Source of the DNA: a virus
Virus record (IMG/VR): IMGVR_UViG_3300028586_000750
Direction: 5' to 3' (one strand)
DNA: 64,000 nt
The notes under the pieces are model-generated. The model was not told the DNA's origin. It did not search any database and saw nothing but the letters and a program-made list of their open reading frames with translations. The position numbers were made by a program, and so were the translations under genes. Shown piece after piece: positions 46,926 to 56,828 of the stretch. Positions within the stretch are counted from its first letter, which is position 1. Every line of letters starts with the position of its first letter.

Positions 46926-47453
46926 TTAACCTACATAGTTGCTTGGGTTGTTGACAGCAATTGATTCCTCGAAAAGACGCTTGCGTTCTGCGAACTCTGT
47001 TTCTACTTCGTTCATTGCAGCAAAGGTAAGTTCATCACGCTTGGTCTTATAATCAAGATAAGTAATTGAGTTAAGCTTCATAAGCTCATCATGCCCCTGA
47101 GGAAGACCAGCAAGTTCTGCTTTCTCAGCAAAAATTTCACGGTAACGGTTACGGAAATCCTGCTCTAGGTTATATGCGCGGGCAATAACGAGAAGGGAGT
47201 CTGAAAGGTTACATTCAGAACTGTTACGTGCCCATTCTTCTAGGACAGTCTCTGAGCCACCAGTAATCTGGCTGTGAGCTTCCCATGCGGGTGTACCTTC
47301 TAGCTCAGAAGGTAGCTGATTAATGTCCTCAGCGCCGGTAGGAATAATTACGTTCCAGCCGTCCCAAGCTAGCTCGGCGTAAGCATGGTCAGCAAAACGC
47401 TTAGCAAACGCTTGTGCTTCATCAAAGTTCATTGTGGGGTTGTTATCAGACAT
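46926..47453 (-). CDS. Hypothetical protein
   Basis: RBS AAGGA. Confidence 0.7.
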   Translation of the reverse strand: MSDNNPTMNFDEAQAFAKRFADHAYAELAWDGWNVIIPTGAEDINQLPSELEGTPAWEAHSQITGGSETVLEEWARNSSECNLSDSLLVIARAYNLEQDFRNRYREIFAEKAELAGLPQGHDELMKLNSITYLDYKTKRDELTFAAMNEVETEFAERKRLFEESIAVNNPSNYVG

Positions 47454-47542
47454 AGTTATCCTTAATTGTTATATACCCCTATACTAGCATCATCTTAGAC
47501 CAATGGCAATAGGTGGTTGATACATGTGGTAGTATATTAAGT

Positions 47543-48163
47543 ATGTCCCGCCTCATTGATCATTTCGGTATTGCCCCTCCTGGTGTTTCAGGGGCGTACT
47601 GTCGTTCTTGTAATCATTATTTGACGTTCCCTGAGTTAGTTGAGCTAACACGTAAAGACAATACATGCACTGTCTGTAATGCCACTATTCATGTAGACCA
47701 GATTGGTGTTTCTTTTCAATACGAAACAGTGAAACTTGCAGAAAATTCTGATGCGGTTTTTGAACAGACATGGTTTCATGCAACCCAAAAAGAAACATGG
47801 GCTTCTACTGTTTTAGATGACGGTGTTGTAGCTCATGTTGGCAGCAGAAGGTCCGCTATTCAGCGTGCTATTGACCTTTCAAGACGTTTAAACCGTGTAG
47901 ATAAAGACTGGGTTGTTCATGAAATTAAAGTGCCTCAGACAGCTTCTGTTAGCTGGGGTGTTGAATACGATATTGACGATGATGCTGTTAAAACAGTGGA
48001 AGAGTTAGAAGATAATCACAGTTCAGACATAGTTCGCTACCTTAACATGTATGAGGATTGTGGAAGCATCAGTTTGATTACTAATCCTAATATCATTCGT
48101 ATTGTTAATAGTGAGTTCATCAGTGCAGACGCTTTGATGGATGAATACTTGAAAGAAATCTAA
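47543..48163 (+). CDS. Zn-ribbon plus putative ADP-ribosyltransferase-like domain
   Basis: CxxC..CxxC at the N-terminus; WFHAT...HVGS..SA..R pattern reminiscent of H-type ART cores. Confidence 0.4.
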   Translation: MSRLIDHFGIAPPGVSGAYCRSCNHYLTFPELVELTRKDNTCTVCNATIHVDQIGVSFQYETVKLAENSDAVFEQTWFHATQKETWASTVLDDGVVAHVGSRRSAIQRAIDLSRRLNRVDKDWVVHEIKVPQTASVSWGVEYDIDDDAVKTVEELEDNHSSDIVRYLNMYEDCGSISLITNPNIIRIVNSEFISADALMDEYLKEI

Positions 48164-48176
48164 CGGTATTGGGGAA

Positions 48177-48224
48177 AGACAACTGTGGCCTCACCAGAAT
48201 TAACTGGTGAGGCCACAGTTGTCT
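48177..48224. terminator. CCTCACCAG-variant palindrome
   Basis: 21-bp stem with compensatory change, convergent genes. Confidence 0.85.
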
Positions 48225-48227
48225 ATT

Positions 48228-48929
48228 TTAGCTGAAAATACTTACAAGTCGCTGCTTTAGAGAAACCTTAACATTATTACGGTTTTCAAATTTCTCTTTC
48301 TGCTTTGCTTCACGGAGCTTGGCATCCTTTGAAGCTTTGTTACGACGAGCGCGAGCGCTACGAAGAGCATCAACGTAGTTTCCGTAATCTTTAAGAAAAC
48401 GGTCGTAATCAGAACCCATTTCGTTGAGAACAGCATCAAGCTGAGCGCCAGTAAAGCCATACTTTGTGGCGTCCTCTAGAGGGGCATCATAAACGTCGGT
48501 AAAACGCTTTTCAGCTTCAATGTCTTTGACATAGTGAGAGTAGTATTTGTCACGAAAATGTTTTAGCTCAGTGCTAAAGAACCTTTCAATTTCCATGTGA
48601 CGGTAATGAACAACACTGATTACGAGTTCGTCAACGCTACTAAGTGAACCACCTGCGCCATATTTGAGTTCATCGCTAACATGAGGGTTCATGAGACTGG
48701 GATAGGCAACGCTCTTATACCAGTGGTCATCGCCCATTGAGTAGTTGACATCAAAGTTCTCAACAATGTAGGCAATGATTTCGGCCCTAATCTCAGTGGC
48801 CGCATCAACCATGCTGTCAAACATTTGACCAAGTGTGTCTTCGGTCACAACGATTGTGCGCTCAAAGAACTGCTGTTCGTCCTTGTAATCGTGTGAGCCA
48901 GTGACAGCTACCTTTGCGCTATATGACAT
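48228..48929 (-). CDS. Hypothetical protein
   Basis: RBS GGAG; start MSYSAK; basic coiled tail. Confidence 0.7.
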   Translation of the reverse strand: MSYSAKVAVTGSHDYKDEQQFFERTIVVTEDTLGQMFDSMVDAATEIRAEIIAYIVENFDVNYSMGDDHWYKSVAYPSLMNPHVSDELKYGAGGSLSSVDELVISVVHYRHMEIERFFSTELKHFRDKYYSHYVKDIEAEKRFTDVYDAPLEDATKYGFTGAQLDAVLNEMGSDYDRFLKDYGNYVDALRSARARRNKASKDAKLREAKQKEKFENRNNVKVSLKQRLVSIFS

Positions 48930-49077
48930 TGATACTCCAAATAAGTTGATAAACGTACTATACAGTTTAATCATACACTGTTAGGGCAAGAAAGCAAGTT
49001 TTTCTTTTAGTTGCAGTTTCTCAACAGTCATGTATACTGATAATATCATCTTGTAAACATACCTTTAGGATTTAATT

Positions 49078-49350
49078 ATGACTATTCACATTAATGAGCC
49101 TTTCGTTAACGGTACCGAACTGTGGCTTGCTGCGCGCGATAATGAAGACACGCAGACCGTTGATTTCTCTGTTGATGTGCCTCTGTGGTCTTTGATTGAA
49201 GGCGACGTTGAAACCCTCAATGATACTGTTGAGAGCATGGCGATTGCAGGTGAAGGATACCTTGAGGACATTAGTTACGCTGTGGTTCCTTTTACGTCAA
49301 CTCAGTATGTTCGTGTTCACGTCACTGCGGTTGTTGTCATCACGGAGTAA
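49078..49350 (+). CDS. Small acidic protein
   Basis: RBS AGGA; terminator follows. Confidence 0.65.
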   Translation: MTIHINEPFVNGTELWLAARDNEDTQTVDFSVDVPLWSLIEGDVETLNDTVESMAIAGEGYLEDISYAVVPFTSTQYVRVHVTAVVVITE

Positions 49351-49543
49351 CTAGACAAAATAGATAATTAGCCTCCTACTGGGTAAAGTCCTGGTAGGAG
49401 GCTAGTTGTTTTTAGGAAAAGACCCCAATGTACAGAACCTGAGTGTAAGGTGTGAGTTAAACCAATTAACCCAAACGTTTTTGACGAATGAACCGAATAT
49501 ATATGTGAGGACAAAAAATCAAACTTATTAACATGGAGGAAAA

Positions 49544-50242
49544 ATGTTAAATAGAAATAAAAGCATTATCGGTTTACTAGGAGCAGGAATGCTTACACTA
49601 AGCTTAGCTGCATGTTCAACCCCAGCAGCAGATACAAACACTGGGACTACTTCTTCCCCATCATCTTCTTCATCTGCAAGCTCAGATGTAACCCCAACAC
49701 CAGTAGCTTCAATTAGCTCTCTAACCGGTGTTGACACTAAGGTTACTGTTGATGCTGGCTTCTTAGACGCATTAACTTCATTGGGTGTAGCACCTGGTAC
49801 TGTAGGATCAGCCACATTAACTGACGGCGTTCTTGCATTCCCAATTACAGGTGGTAACGTAGATTACTACGACCCAGCAGAAGACTACCGTCCATACGTT
49901 CAAGGTTCAATTGAACACACCGGTTCCGGTTTATCCTTAACCGCTGGTGACAAAGTTGTTGAATTGACAGACTTCCGTATTGACCCAGGAACATCACAAC
50001 TATTTGGAACAGTAACCGTTGACGGTGCTGTTGCAGCAGAAGATGCCTTCCTATTCAACTTAGACGGTACAACACTACAACCATTACAAGACAATGGTGA
50101 TGGTACAGCTACTCTTCAAGGAACTAGAGTATTAATCTCAGAAGACGCAGCACCATTGCTTAACGACACATTTGGTATCACAGATATCCAACCAGATATG
50201 CTTGTAGGTATCGCTTCAATTACTGTTAACACAGGCGCATAA
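49544..50242 (+). CDS. Lipoprotein of actinobacterial type
   Basis: LAA|C lipobox, S/T/P linker, FPITGG...PYVQGSIEHTGSGLSL. Confidence 0.75.
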   Translation: MLNRNKSIIGLLGAGMLTLSLAACSTPAADTNTGTTSSPSSSSSASSDVTPTPVASISSLTGVDTKVTVDAGFLDALTSLGVAPGTVGSATLTDGVLAFPITGGNVDYYDPAEDYRPYVQGSIEHTGSGLSLTAGDKVVELTDFRIDPGTSQLFGTVTVDGAVAAEDAFLFNLDGTTLQPLQDNGDGTATLQGTRVLISEDAAPLLNDTFGITDIQPDMLVGIASITVNTGA

Positions 50243-50336
50243 GCTTTACTTTAAATAACCGAACCGCCCAATACCTTGCACTCTTAGGTATTGGGCGGTT
50301 CCTTGTGTTACACCAATATGCACCAAATGTCCGATA

Positions 50337-50882
50337 TTGGTTACGGCCAATGTTGAAAGGACCACGATGGATAAAGACACTATTGTTCCTCATTGTGGAT
50401 ACCCCAACCCTAAAATCGCGTTTTATAAGCCTTGGGATGCTACAAATTTAGGGTTCTCTCTCCCACATTTTTTGAAACACATTGCTATAGCAACAAAACA
50501 GTTCTTGACAATGAACCAAGTTTTTATGTTTATACTAAGCGTATTCGTTGTTATTGTAGGAATGTTTACTTACTGGGGTCCAGTGACAACAACGCAGTAT
50601 TTGTTTTCAGTCGCTTTAGTTATTTCTTTACTTCTTGGTTTTATCATTCGTATGGCGAAAAAAGATTTACGTAAAGAAAGTTTACAAGTCTGGTTTCGTG
50701 ATGCTTATGGCCTCATGGTACCTTACGATGAAATAACTATTACACTTATACATTTTGATAATGGCGAAAAAAGCTATGAAATGTCAAACGGTGGTAGTCT
50801 AGTTCGTATTAGTAACGGTTTAGTTTATGAACCGCCTTTACAAGGTAGTTATAGCCCTAAGCCGATAGAAAACCCAGCTTAA
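50337..50882 (+). CDS. Membrane protein, W-x4-(Y/F)G family
   Basis: TM hairpin then LQVWFRDAYGL; start uncertain. Confidence 0.6.
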   Translation: MVTANVERTTMDKDTIVPHCGYPNPKIAFYKPWDATNLGFSLPHFLKHIAIATKQFLTMNQVFMFILSVFVVIVGMFTYWGPVTTTQYLFSVALVISLLLGFIIRMAKKDLRKESLQVWFRDAYGLMVPYDEITITLIHFDNGEKSYEMSNGGSLVRISNGLVYEPPLQGSYSPKPIENPA

Positions 50883-50904
50883 TTTGTAACAGTTTGGAGG
50901 AACG

Positions 50905-51372
50905 ATGATAGGTTTACCTCCTGTTGTCTTCTTTAAAGGAATATCAGAAAATTGGATTGTATCGTCCACTAACTTCGCCACATTAACTTTAATGAAAGTT
51001 AGCGAAAGCCAAAAAATAGATACATCACTAATTTGTTCGTCTTTTCAAAGACACCCTGACACCACAGTAGATAATATTGTGCAGGAGGTGCGTGAACAAG
51101 TGATGCGCACAAACTCAAACTTCATACCTCTTCTTAACGAAGGTGAAGGACGCATTATTGGTGGCCGTGAATTTGTTATCCTTGGTGGTATTCTCGACTT
51201 ACCAGATATAGGAACAGTAATCCAAACAGCATACCTTCATTTAGATTTCTCACCTACAGAGCTAAACGTTATTGAAATCTTTTCAACTATGCTATTTGAA
51301 AATGCTTTAGATGATGAACCTGAGGTTCACGAAATGTTAGACAGAGTAATTATTGCTAACCCAATAATTTGA
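50905..51372 (+). CDS. Hypothetical protein
   Basis: RBS GGAGG. Confidence 0.65.
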   Translation: MIGLPPVVFFKGISENWIVSSTNFATLTLMKVSESQKIDTSLICSSFQRHPDTTVDNIVQEVREQVMRTNSNFIPLLNEGEGRIIGGREFVILGGILDLPDIGTVIQTAYLHLDFSPTELNVIEIFSTMLFENALDDEPEVHEMLDRVIIANPII

Positions 51373-51489
51373 AAACCGCCTCACAAGGTTGTAATTCACT
51401 CATGAGGCGGTTTCTCTATTAATAACGATAACATAGATACGTTAGTTTTTAAACCAAAAAGACACCCCCACTAAGGGTGTCTTTTTGGT

Positions 51490-52044
51490 TTATGGGATTA
51501 CATCTGGGACAATTTCTTTCCAGTCAGCCCAGTTGAAAATTCTTTTGTTCTCAACAAGGTTTTGGTTATAAGGCTGGTCGTAAACAACCTGTTCCCATTC
51601 GGGTTTAATTAAACCTGTGATGTTCTGTTTATCATCAATAAGGTAATCGCCACGGATAAGCGTTTTGTCTTTAGTAATGATTGCTCTGTTACCCCACCAG
51701 TCACCATGATGTTCACGTAAAGACGATATTTTGTCTGAGGCGCAGCTTTCATTTGTGTAGATAGGTGAAGTACAAATGAAAGCGTTAACGCCTAGCTCAC
51801 GCATTTCTTTAAGAGCTTCAATGGCACCTGGTAATGGTTCAAGGTTTCGGTAGAAACCTGCTGTATGGAAAATTTCCATGACCATTTCTTGTGTTAAACC
51901 AGGGATAGTGGTGAGAAGATTAAAGTTGTCTCTTTTGGATAGTGGAGGCACAACGATGTTATATTTTTCTTCCACAACTTTATGGACGCTTCCCCCAAAA
52001 TCAACAAGTGTGTCATCTTGGTCAATAAGAAGAATTTTAGTCAA
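51490..52044 (-). CDS. 5'(3')-deoxyribonucleotidase (NT5C-like HAD)
   Basis: LIDQDDTLVDF, FYRNLEPLPGA, FICTSP, K..LIRGDYLIDDK, QPYN. Confidence 0.92.
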   Translation of the reverse strand: MTKILLIDQDDTLVDFGGSVHKVVEEKYNIVVPPLSKRDNFNLLTTIPGLTQEMVMEIFHTAGFYRNLEPLPGAIEALKEMRELGVNAFICTSPIYTNESCASDKISSLREHHGDWWGNRAIITKDKTLIRGDYLIDDKQNITGLIKPEWEQVVYDQPYNQNLVENKRIFNWADWKEIVPDVIP

Positions 52045-52101
52045 TGCGTTTCCTTACTTTAATAGTTTTTAATGAATGAGTTATCGGTTGTTAACCATAA
52101 A

Positions 52102-52139
52102 AACATTGCCCCACCAGTTAATTCTGGTGAGGCAATGTT
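52102..52139. terminator. CCCCACCAG-core palindrome
   Basis: 16-bp stem with one mismatch, TTAATT loop. Confidence 0.75.
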
Positions 52140-52155
52140 AAAGGACATATCTTGT

Positions 52156-52896
52156 TTACCTGCGGAACATAGCAAGTAGACGAAGAATTTCAATGTAAAG
52201 CCATACGAAGGCAGTGGTGATACCGAAAGCACCAACCCATTCCATGCGTTTTGGAGCTTGGTTGCGTACGCCGTTCTCAATGAACTCATAAGAAATTACA
52301 ATGGTGTATGAGGCAAGTAACGCACCTAGAATACCAATAATAATACCGAAAATGCCGAGGTCAGAACGAATACCAAAGGCACCATCTGTAAGTCCTGTGG
52401 CTGAAAGAACAAAGTTTAGAAGACTGAACAGAACATAACCTGCGAAAGCAACACCGAAAATTTTATTTAGACGAGGCGTTGTGCGGAAGACTTTGGTATG
52501 CGATAAGAACATCACTACAATGAAAACTGATGTTGTTGCAAGTAAAGCCTGAACAACAATACCAGGATACTGTAACTCTAAGCTTAACGACATAAGAGCA
52601 ACAAAGACACCTTGTAGCCCTGCGTAAGTTAATAGAACTACTGGGTTAGTAATGCGCTTGAAGCCAATAACAAGCGCTAGAACAATTGTCGCCCCAATTA
52701 GTCCATAGAAAAGACCTTGTGTAAGGAAAGGTAGTAGAACAAAAATTCCTATACCTGCACCGACGAGAACTGTTACAAAGGACATAATTGTCTTGACGAC
52801 AGTTCCTTCATAAGTCATTACCTCTGTGCCAGCATTGAAGCTAGGACGGTAGTCCTTTTGGAACGCTTCATTGTTTGTAAAGACGGGTGATGCCAT
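52156..52896 (-). CDS. Bax inhibitor-1/YccA-family membrane protein
   Basis: MTYEGTV.KT, YPGIVVQALLAT, EW.GAFGI..AFVWLYIEILRLL. Confidence 0.88.
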   Translation of the reverse strand: MASPVFTNNEAFQKDYRPSFNAGTEVMTYEGTVVKTIMSFVTVLVGAGIGIFVLLPFLTQGLFYGLIGATIVLALVIGFKRITNPVVLLTYAGLQGVFVALMSLSLELQYPGIVVQALLATTSVFIVVMFLSHTKVFRTTPRLNKIFGVAFAGYVLFSLLNFVLSATGLTDGAFGIRSDLGIFGIIIGILGALLASYTIVISYEFIENGVRNQAPKRMEWVGAFGITTAFVWLYIEILRLLAMFRR

Positions 52897-52947
52897 ATTT
52901 TATCTTTCTCCCAAAAGTTTCGTATATGTATTATACCAGTTTTTTGA

Positions 52948-53187
52948 TTAAGCTACACGATGCTCAGGGATGACAGTCTTAAGGTCACTGCCGGAACCTT
53001 CAACAACTTGCTCAGTTTCTGAATTAGCACTCCATCCACCGAGCTTGTGAGGCATAGCCTCTAGGTATTTAATTCGGATAGTGCGCAAACCTGCGGGGTT
53101 CTTGGTGTGCAGACGATACGTGATGCGAACACTCTTTCCGCCGACCTGCTTCTCTACAACTTTTTCTGCTACAACTGGATTTGCCAT
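52948..53187 (-). CDS. Hypothetical protein
   Basis: RBS AAGGAG. Confidence 0.65.
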   Translation of the reverse strand: MANPVVAEKVVEKQVGGKSVRITYRLHTKNPAGLRTIRIKYLEAMPHKLGGWSANSETEQVVEGSGSDLKTVIPEHRVA

Positions 53188-53291
53188 TGGTGATGCTCCT
53201 TTAAATAGTATACTTTAAGCTTATACTATAAGTAACACAAAAGCAAGTTGTATATATTCCTTTTACGCATATAATCTGGTATGATAAGCAG

Positions 53292-53999
53292 ATGACAAAT
53301 AGACATAATGAGGTACTTAACCGTAACGGTCAATCAGTATCTTTACCTTCAATTCAAAAGAATTATGGGGTTAGTTCAGATCCGGTGAAAAAGGCAGCAG
53401 TCCTTAACTCTATTGTTGCTGTGTTCGTTACTGTTGGAATTATTGCTTTAAACTTACCTTACCTAATTGTTGCACTTCTTATTCCTGTAGCAGCAATGGT
53501 TTATGTATATTTCGCACAAGATTACCGTATTAACTCTTATCGTGACAAATATTTCCTTACCGTTTTAAGCCCTTGGTTCAAAGATAACTTTGGTTACCAA
53601 TTGCATACGTTTGACATTAAACGTTTCATGGATGGTATTGCAATTATTGCTACTAACAACCTTGATAAAGACGAAGAGGTTCATATTTTTGCTCGCTATG
53701 ACACCGAAAAAGACGAAATTTATGTCTCTAACGCTGTTGGGCAAGAAGGTCTAAACGAGCTTACTGACTATGCTGGTGTACGTTACAGTTCCCCACGAGT
53801 TTCACCTTTCGTAAGAAGCAAAGGTAAAGAAGGTTACATAGATGAAGCTGGTTACTTCAAGAGTGTAGACACTGGAACTGATGCCGGGTTCTTCATTGTT
53901 GCTTATTCTGCAACCTCTGATGGTAATTCAAGCTCAGACGGTGGAAGTAGCGACAGTGATAGTGGTGGAGGCGACGGCGGGGGTGGTGGCGGTGATTAA
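53292..53999 (+). CDS. Membrane protein, W-x4-(Y/F)G family, G/S/D-rich tail
   Basis: TM hairpin then LSPWFKDNFGY; ends SSDGGSSDSDSGGGDGGGGGD; leaderless. Confidence 0.7.
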   Translation: MTNRHNEVLNRNGQSVSLPSIQKNYGVSSDPVKKAAVLNSIVAVFVTVGIIALNLPYLIVALLIPVAAMVYVYFAQDYRINSYRDKYFLTVLSPWFKDNFGYQLHTFDIKRFMDGIAIIATNNLDKDEEVHIFARYDTEKDEIYVSNAVGQEGLNELTDYAGVRYSSPRVSPFVRSKGKEGYIDEAGYFKSVDTGTDAGFFIVAYSATSDGNSSSDGGSSDSDSGGGDGGGGGGD

Positions 54000-54042
54000 C
54001 CAATACGACATCAGATGGTATTCCACTGACATACAATACCTT

Positions 54043-54582
54043 ATGCTCATGTTAAGAAGAGCGAATTTCGGTAATGAAAGCATTCAACTAAAGACAAACG
54101 TAGTTGTCGTTGAAAAAACTCGTTATTTTAAACCATCAGCAGAAGACGCTAAGTACAATTTAACGTTCCCTTATGAAGCCCGCAACATTGTTCGTCCAAA
54201 AGAAAAGCCTTTAGAGGCTGATGAGTTACTTTATATCTTCAACCTACTTATAAAGACAGAAGCTAGCATTCGTCAACAAATTATGTTGAAAAAGAAAAAG
54301 AAGAACTCTGTTAAGTTAACATCCATTAAAGAAGAGCTAGTTCAAGAACTTCTTGTTTTGGGTAGTACGAAGTTTTTAAGGGATGCTCTGTATGTGATTA
54401 GACAAGAAGTGTTAGAGGCTAAAAAGCTTGAAAACTTCATTCCAGATATGGATGAAACTGTGTATTTGGATAATATTGTAAAATCAGTGCGCCCTTTGGA
54501 TCGTTCTTTGGTTCCTGACCCTGTTAATCATGTTAGAACTTGTTCTTGTGATTGCTGGAAAGATACTGTTTTAAATCCTTAA
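54043..54582 (+). CDS. Hypothetical protein
   Basis: Start uncertain; C-terminal CxCxC. Confidence 0.55.
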   Translation: MLMLRRANFGNESIQLKTNVVVVEKTRYFKPSAEDAKYNLTFPYEARNIVRPKEKPLEADELLYIFNLLIKTEASIRQQIMLKKKKKNSVKLTSIKEELVQELLVLGSTKFLRDALYVIRQEVLEAKKLENFIPDMDETVYLDNIVKSVRPLDRSLVPDPVNHVRTCSCDCWKDTVLNP

Positions 54583-54607
54583 AAAGGTTTCATGGTATTA
54601 TCATAAT

Positions 54608-55402
54608 ATGAAAAACAACGCACCGGGAAAAGACATAGATAACAGTCTCAATTTACCTGCGAAAGCTTATTGGGATAAGTTAGCAGCTAGTCCTGACTTC
54701 AAATTTACCTTTGATCATGAACGCCCTATTCCACTTTTTGATGTATTCATTGAAGACCTTAAAAAGGTAAACACTAAAGTTTACGGCAAGAAAAGAAAAT
54801 TTAGCGAGTTCAAAGGTTATCTTATTGGTAGCAGTTCTGTTTCCACAGGTGGAATTGGTTTAGGGATTTTAGGGTTAGCACTCTTTCCTGTAGCACCAAT
54901 GGTTACTTTTGGTTTGATTCCTTTGGGACTAATGGGTTTGGTTGCTGGCGTTCCTTTGTTATTTTATGATAAAGGAGTAACTTCAACTTATGCGTGGAAA
55001 ATGTTGCGACCTAAGTACGCAGAGGCTGTCAAAGAATGGCTTCTTACAAACAACCTTAAAGATTTAGCAGAACACCCTGATTTTGATACTTTACTTTCAA
55101 CATGCAAAGGAACATTCAAAATCACTAAAGATGTTTCATATGAAGTAACAAATGACAAAAAATTTATCTATATTGAAAAAGTCATTCGTGAAGATATCGA
55201 AGTACCTGCAAATCTTGAAGAACCAACAACATTCTTCGCTTTACCTAGCGCTGAAAGTGTTAAGAAGAAAGCTTTAACGGCTGATATAACTGCTTTACTT
55301 GATGAAGATGCTACTCAGGAAGAGCTAGATACATCCGCTCTTGCTCATTCTATTCTTGAAGCAGACGAAGAGGCAGAAGAGTTAGAAGTACCTAAAGCAT
55401 AA
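54608..55402 (+). CDS. Membrane protein with acidic tail
   Basis: G-rich TM hairpin; leaderless TGGTATTAT-N6-ATG. Confidence 0.7.
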   Translation: MKNNAPGKDIDNSLNLPAKAYWDKLAASPDFKFTFDHERPIPLFDVFIEDLKKVNTKVYGKKRKFSEFKGYLIGSSSVSTGGIGLGILGLALFPVAPMVTFGLIPLGLMGLVAGVPLLFYDKGVTSTYAWKMLRPKYAEAVKEWLLTNNLKDLAEHPDFDTLLSTCKGTFKITKDVSYEVTNDKKFIYIEKVIREDIEVPANLEEPTTFFALPSAESVKKKALTADITALLDEDATQEELDTSALAHSILEADEEAEELEVPKA

Positions 55403-55446
55403 ATAAGTTAACCCCCACCAGAATTAACTGGTGGGGGTTAACTTAT
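55403..55446. terminator. CCCCACCAG-core palindrome
   Basis: 19-bp stem, AATTAA loop, convergent genes. Confidence 0.85.
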
Positions 55447-55462
55447 AGGGAGGAAGTTGGAC

Positions 55463-55696
55463 TTACTCTTCCTCATCACCGCCGAAGAGGCTGTCCCAGC
55501 AGTCGCTGTGAGTACCGGAGATAAGAAGCTCACGGTCATCAATGCTAAGCTCAGGAAAAACATCCTGAATGTAAGCCTGACGCCCCAACCATGCGTTAAG
55601 GCTTGTCTCATCAAGGTGAATAACTGAGGACTGGTTGCAAACCATGCAAGCAGGAGTAGTGAATGCAACGAGATTGCTTTCAGCGGAAACAGCCAT
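55463..55696 (-). CDS. Small Zn-binding phage protein
   Basis: CMVC...IQDVFPELSIDDRELLISGTHSDCWD (CxxC...HxxC). Confidence 0.7.
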   Translation of the reverse strand: MAVSAESNLVAFTTPACMVCNQSSVIHLDETSLNAWLGRQAYIQDVFPELSIDDRELLISGTHSDCWDSLFGGDEEE

Positions 55697-55779
55697 TATT
55701 TTCTCCAAGTTAGTTTAGGTGGACTTGCTATAAATCAAGTGTATCTGATTGCAAGCATAGTTGCAACCTAAATTACAAC

Positions 55780-55947
55780 TTAATCTTCAAAAGTAGCGCG
55801 AAGGTCAGCTAGCTGGTATGCCTTCTCAAAACCTGAAATTTCAGGGTTCTGTTCAATGACTGCGCGTTCACGTTGGTATAGTTCAGCAACAGTAATTTTC
55901 TGCTCTGAGGCTTCAACTCGTTTGGCTTCTAGACTTGATTGTGACAT
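55780..55947 (-). CDS. 55-aa hypothetical protein
   Basis: Hand-translated MSQSSLEAKRVEASEQK...ADLRATFED; RBS AAGAAGGA. Confidence 0.6.
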   Translation of the reverse strand: MSQSSLEAKRVEASEQKITVAELYQRERAVIEQNPEISGFEKAYQLADLRATFED

Positions 55948-56053
55948 TTGTCCTTCTTTCAGGTTTTTTGTAGTTATTACTCTATACTAGAGTACATTGA
56001 TATTTTTTACAACCCTAACCCGATAACTTTTATATAATAACGTCAAGGAAATT

Positions 56054-56578
56054 ATGAGTTTACCCATTAAAGCTGAAATACGTGGTTTTGATTTACCTGC
56101 ATTGATAAATGATGCAAAGCAAGTTAATGTCTTCGATCATGAGTTTCCTGAAACTGAGTTAACTATCAAAACTAAACAAGTTTCTGCGGCAACCTTATCT
56201 GAGTTCATTCGCCGTTATCCTATGGCTGCTCCTGCTCTTGTTAATGCAAAAAAGAAGACAGTAACAATTCGCCTCAACAACGAAGGCATCTTTATTGATG
56301 TGTTATTCGCTTTATTAGATGCAGAGCTAGACCTTTTGGGTAAAGACATTTCTAATAAAAAGTACGATGATACTCGTAGCTCTATAATTCGTGAATTCCG
56401 TCGTCAAGTTCCTTTTACTTCTATGACATATGGTTTCCTAGAAGATGAACTAACACGTGAAAAAATTATGATTGATACAAGTACCGAAGAATTTAAGCAA
56501 AATGTTGAAGACATTGTTGCCAAAGTTAAGGCCAAACGTAAAACTAATGGCACTCCTAAAAGAACAGGTCTAATTTAA
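56054..56578 (+). CDS. Hypothetical protein
   Basis: RBS AAGGA; coupled to the next ORF. Confidence 0.65.
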   Translation: MSLPIKAEIRGFDLPALINDAKQVNVFDHEFPETELTIKTKQVSAATLSEFIRRYPMAAPALVNAKKKTVTIRLNNEGIFIDVLFALLDAELDLLGKDISNKKYDDTRSSIIREFRRQVPFTSMTYGFLEDELTREKIMIDTSTEEFKQNVEDIVAKVKAKRKTNGTPKRTGLI

Positions 56579-56808
56579 TGGCATCCCAACAGCGTAAAGA
56601 AACCATTGAATACGCGGTACTTGTTATCAGCGGAGACAAGAAAAACATTGTTCCTAAAAATTCCAAAGATGAAGCGTTAGATGCTGTAGCTACTTACAAT
56701 ATGGAGACACCTTTATTTGGAGATAGTGTTGAAGCTCATCTTATTGCAAGAACCAAAACTGTCACTGTTGATTTTGGTAATTGGGGTAAAATAAAGCCTC
56801 GCTCATAA
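56578..56808 (+). CDS. Hypothetical protein
   Basis: TAATG overlap. Confidence 0.6.
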   Translation: MASQQRKETIEYAVLVISGDKKNIVPKNSKDEALDAVATYNMETPLFGDSVEAHLIARTKTVTVDFGNWGKIKPRS

Positions 56809-56828
56809 TATACAAGCGAGGCTTTATT

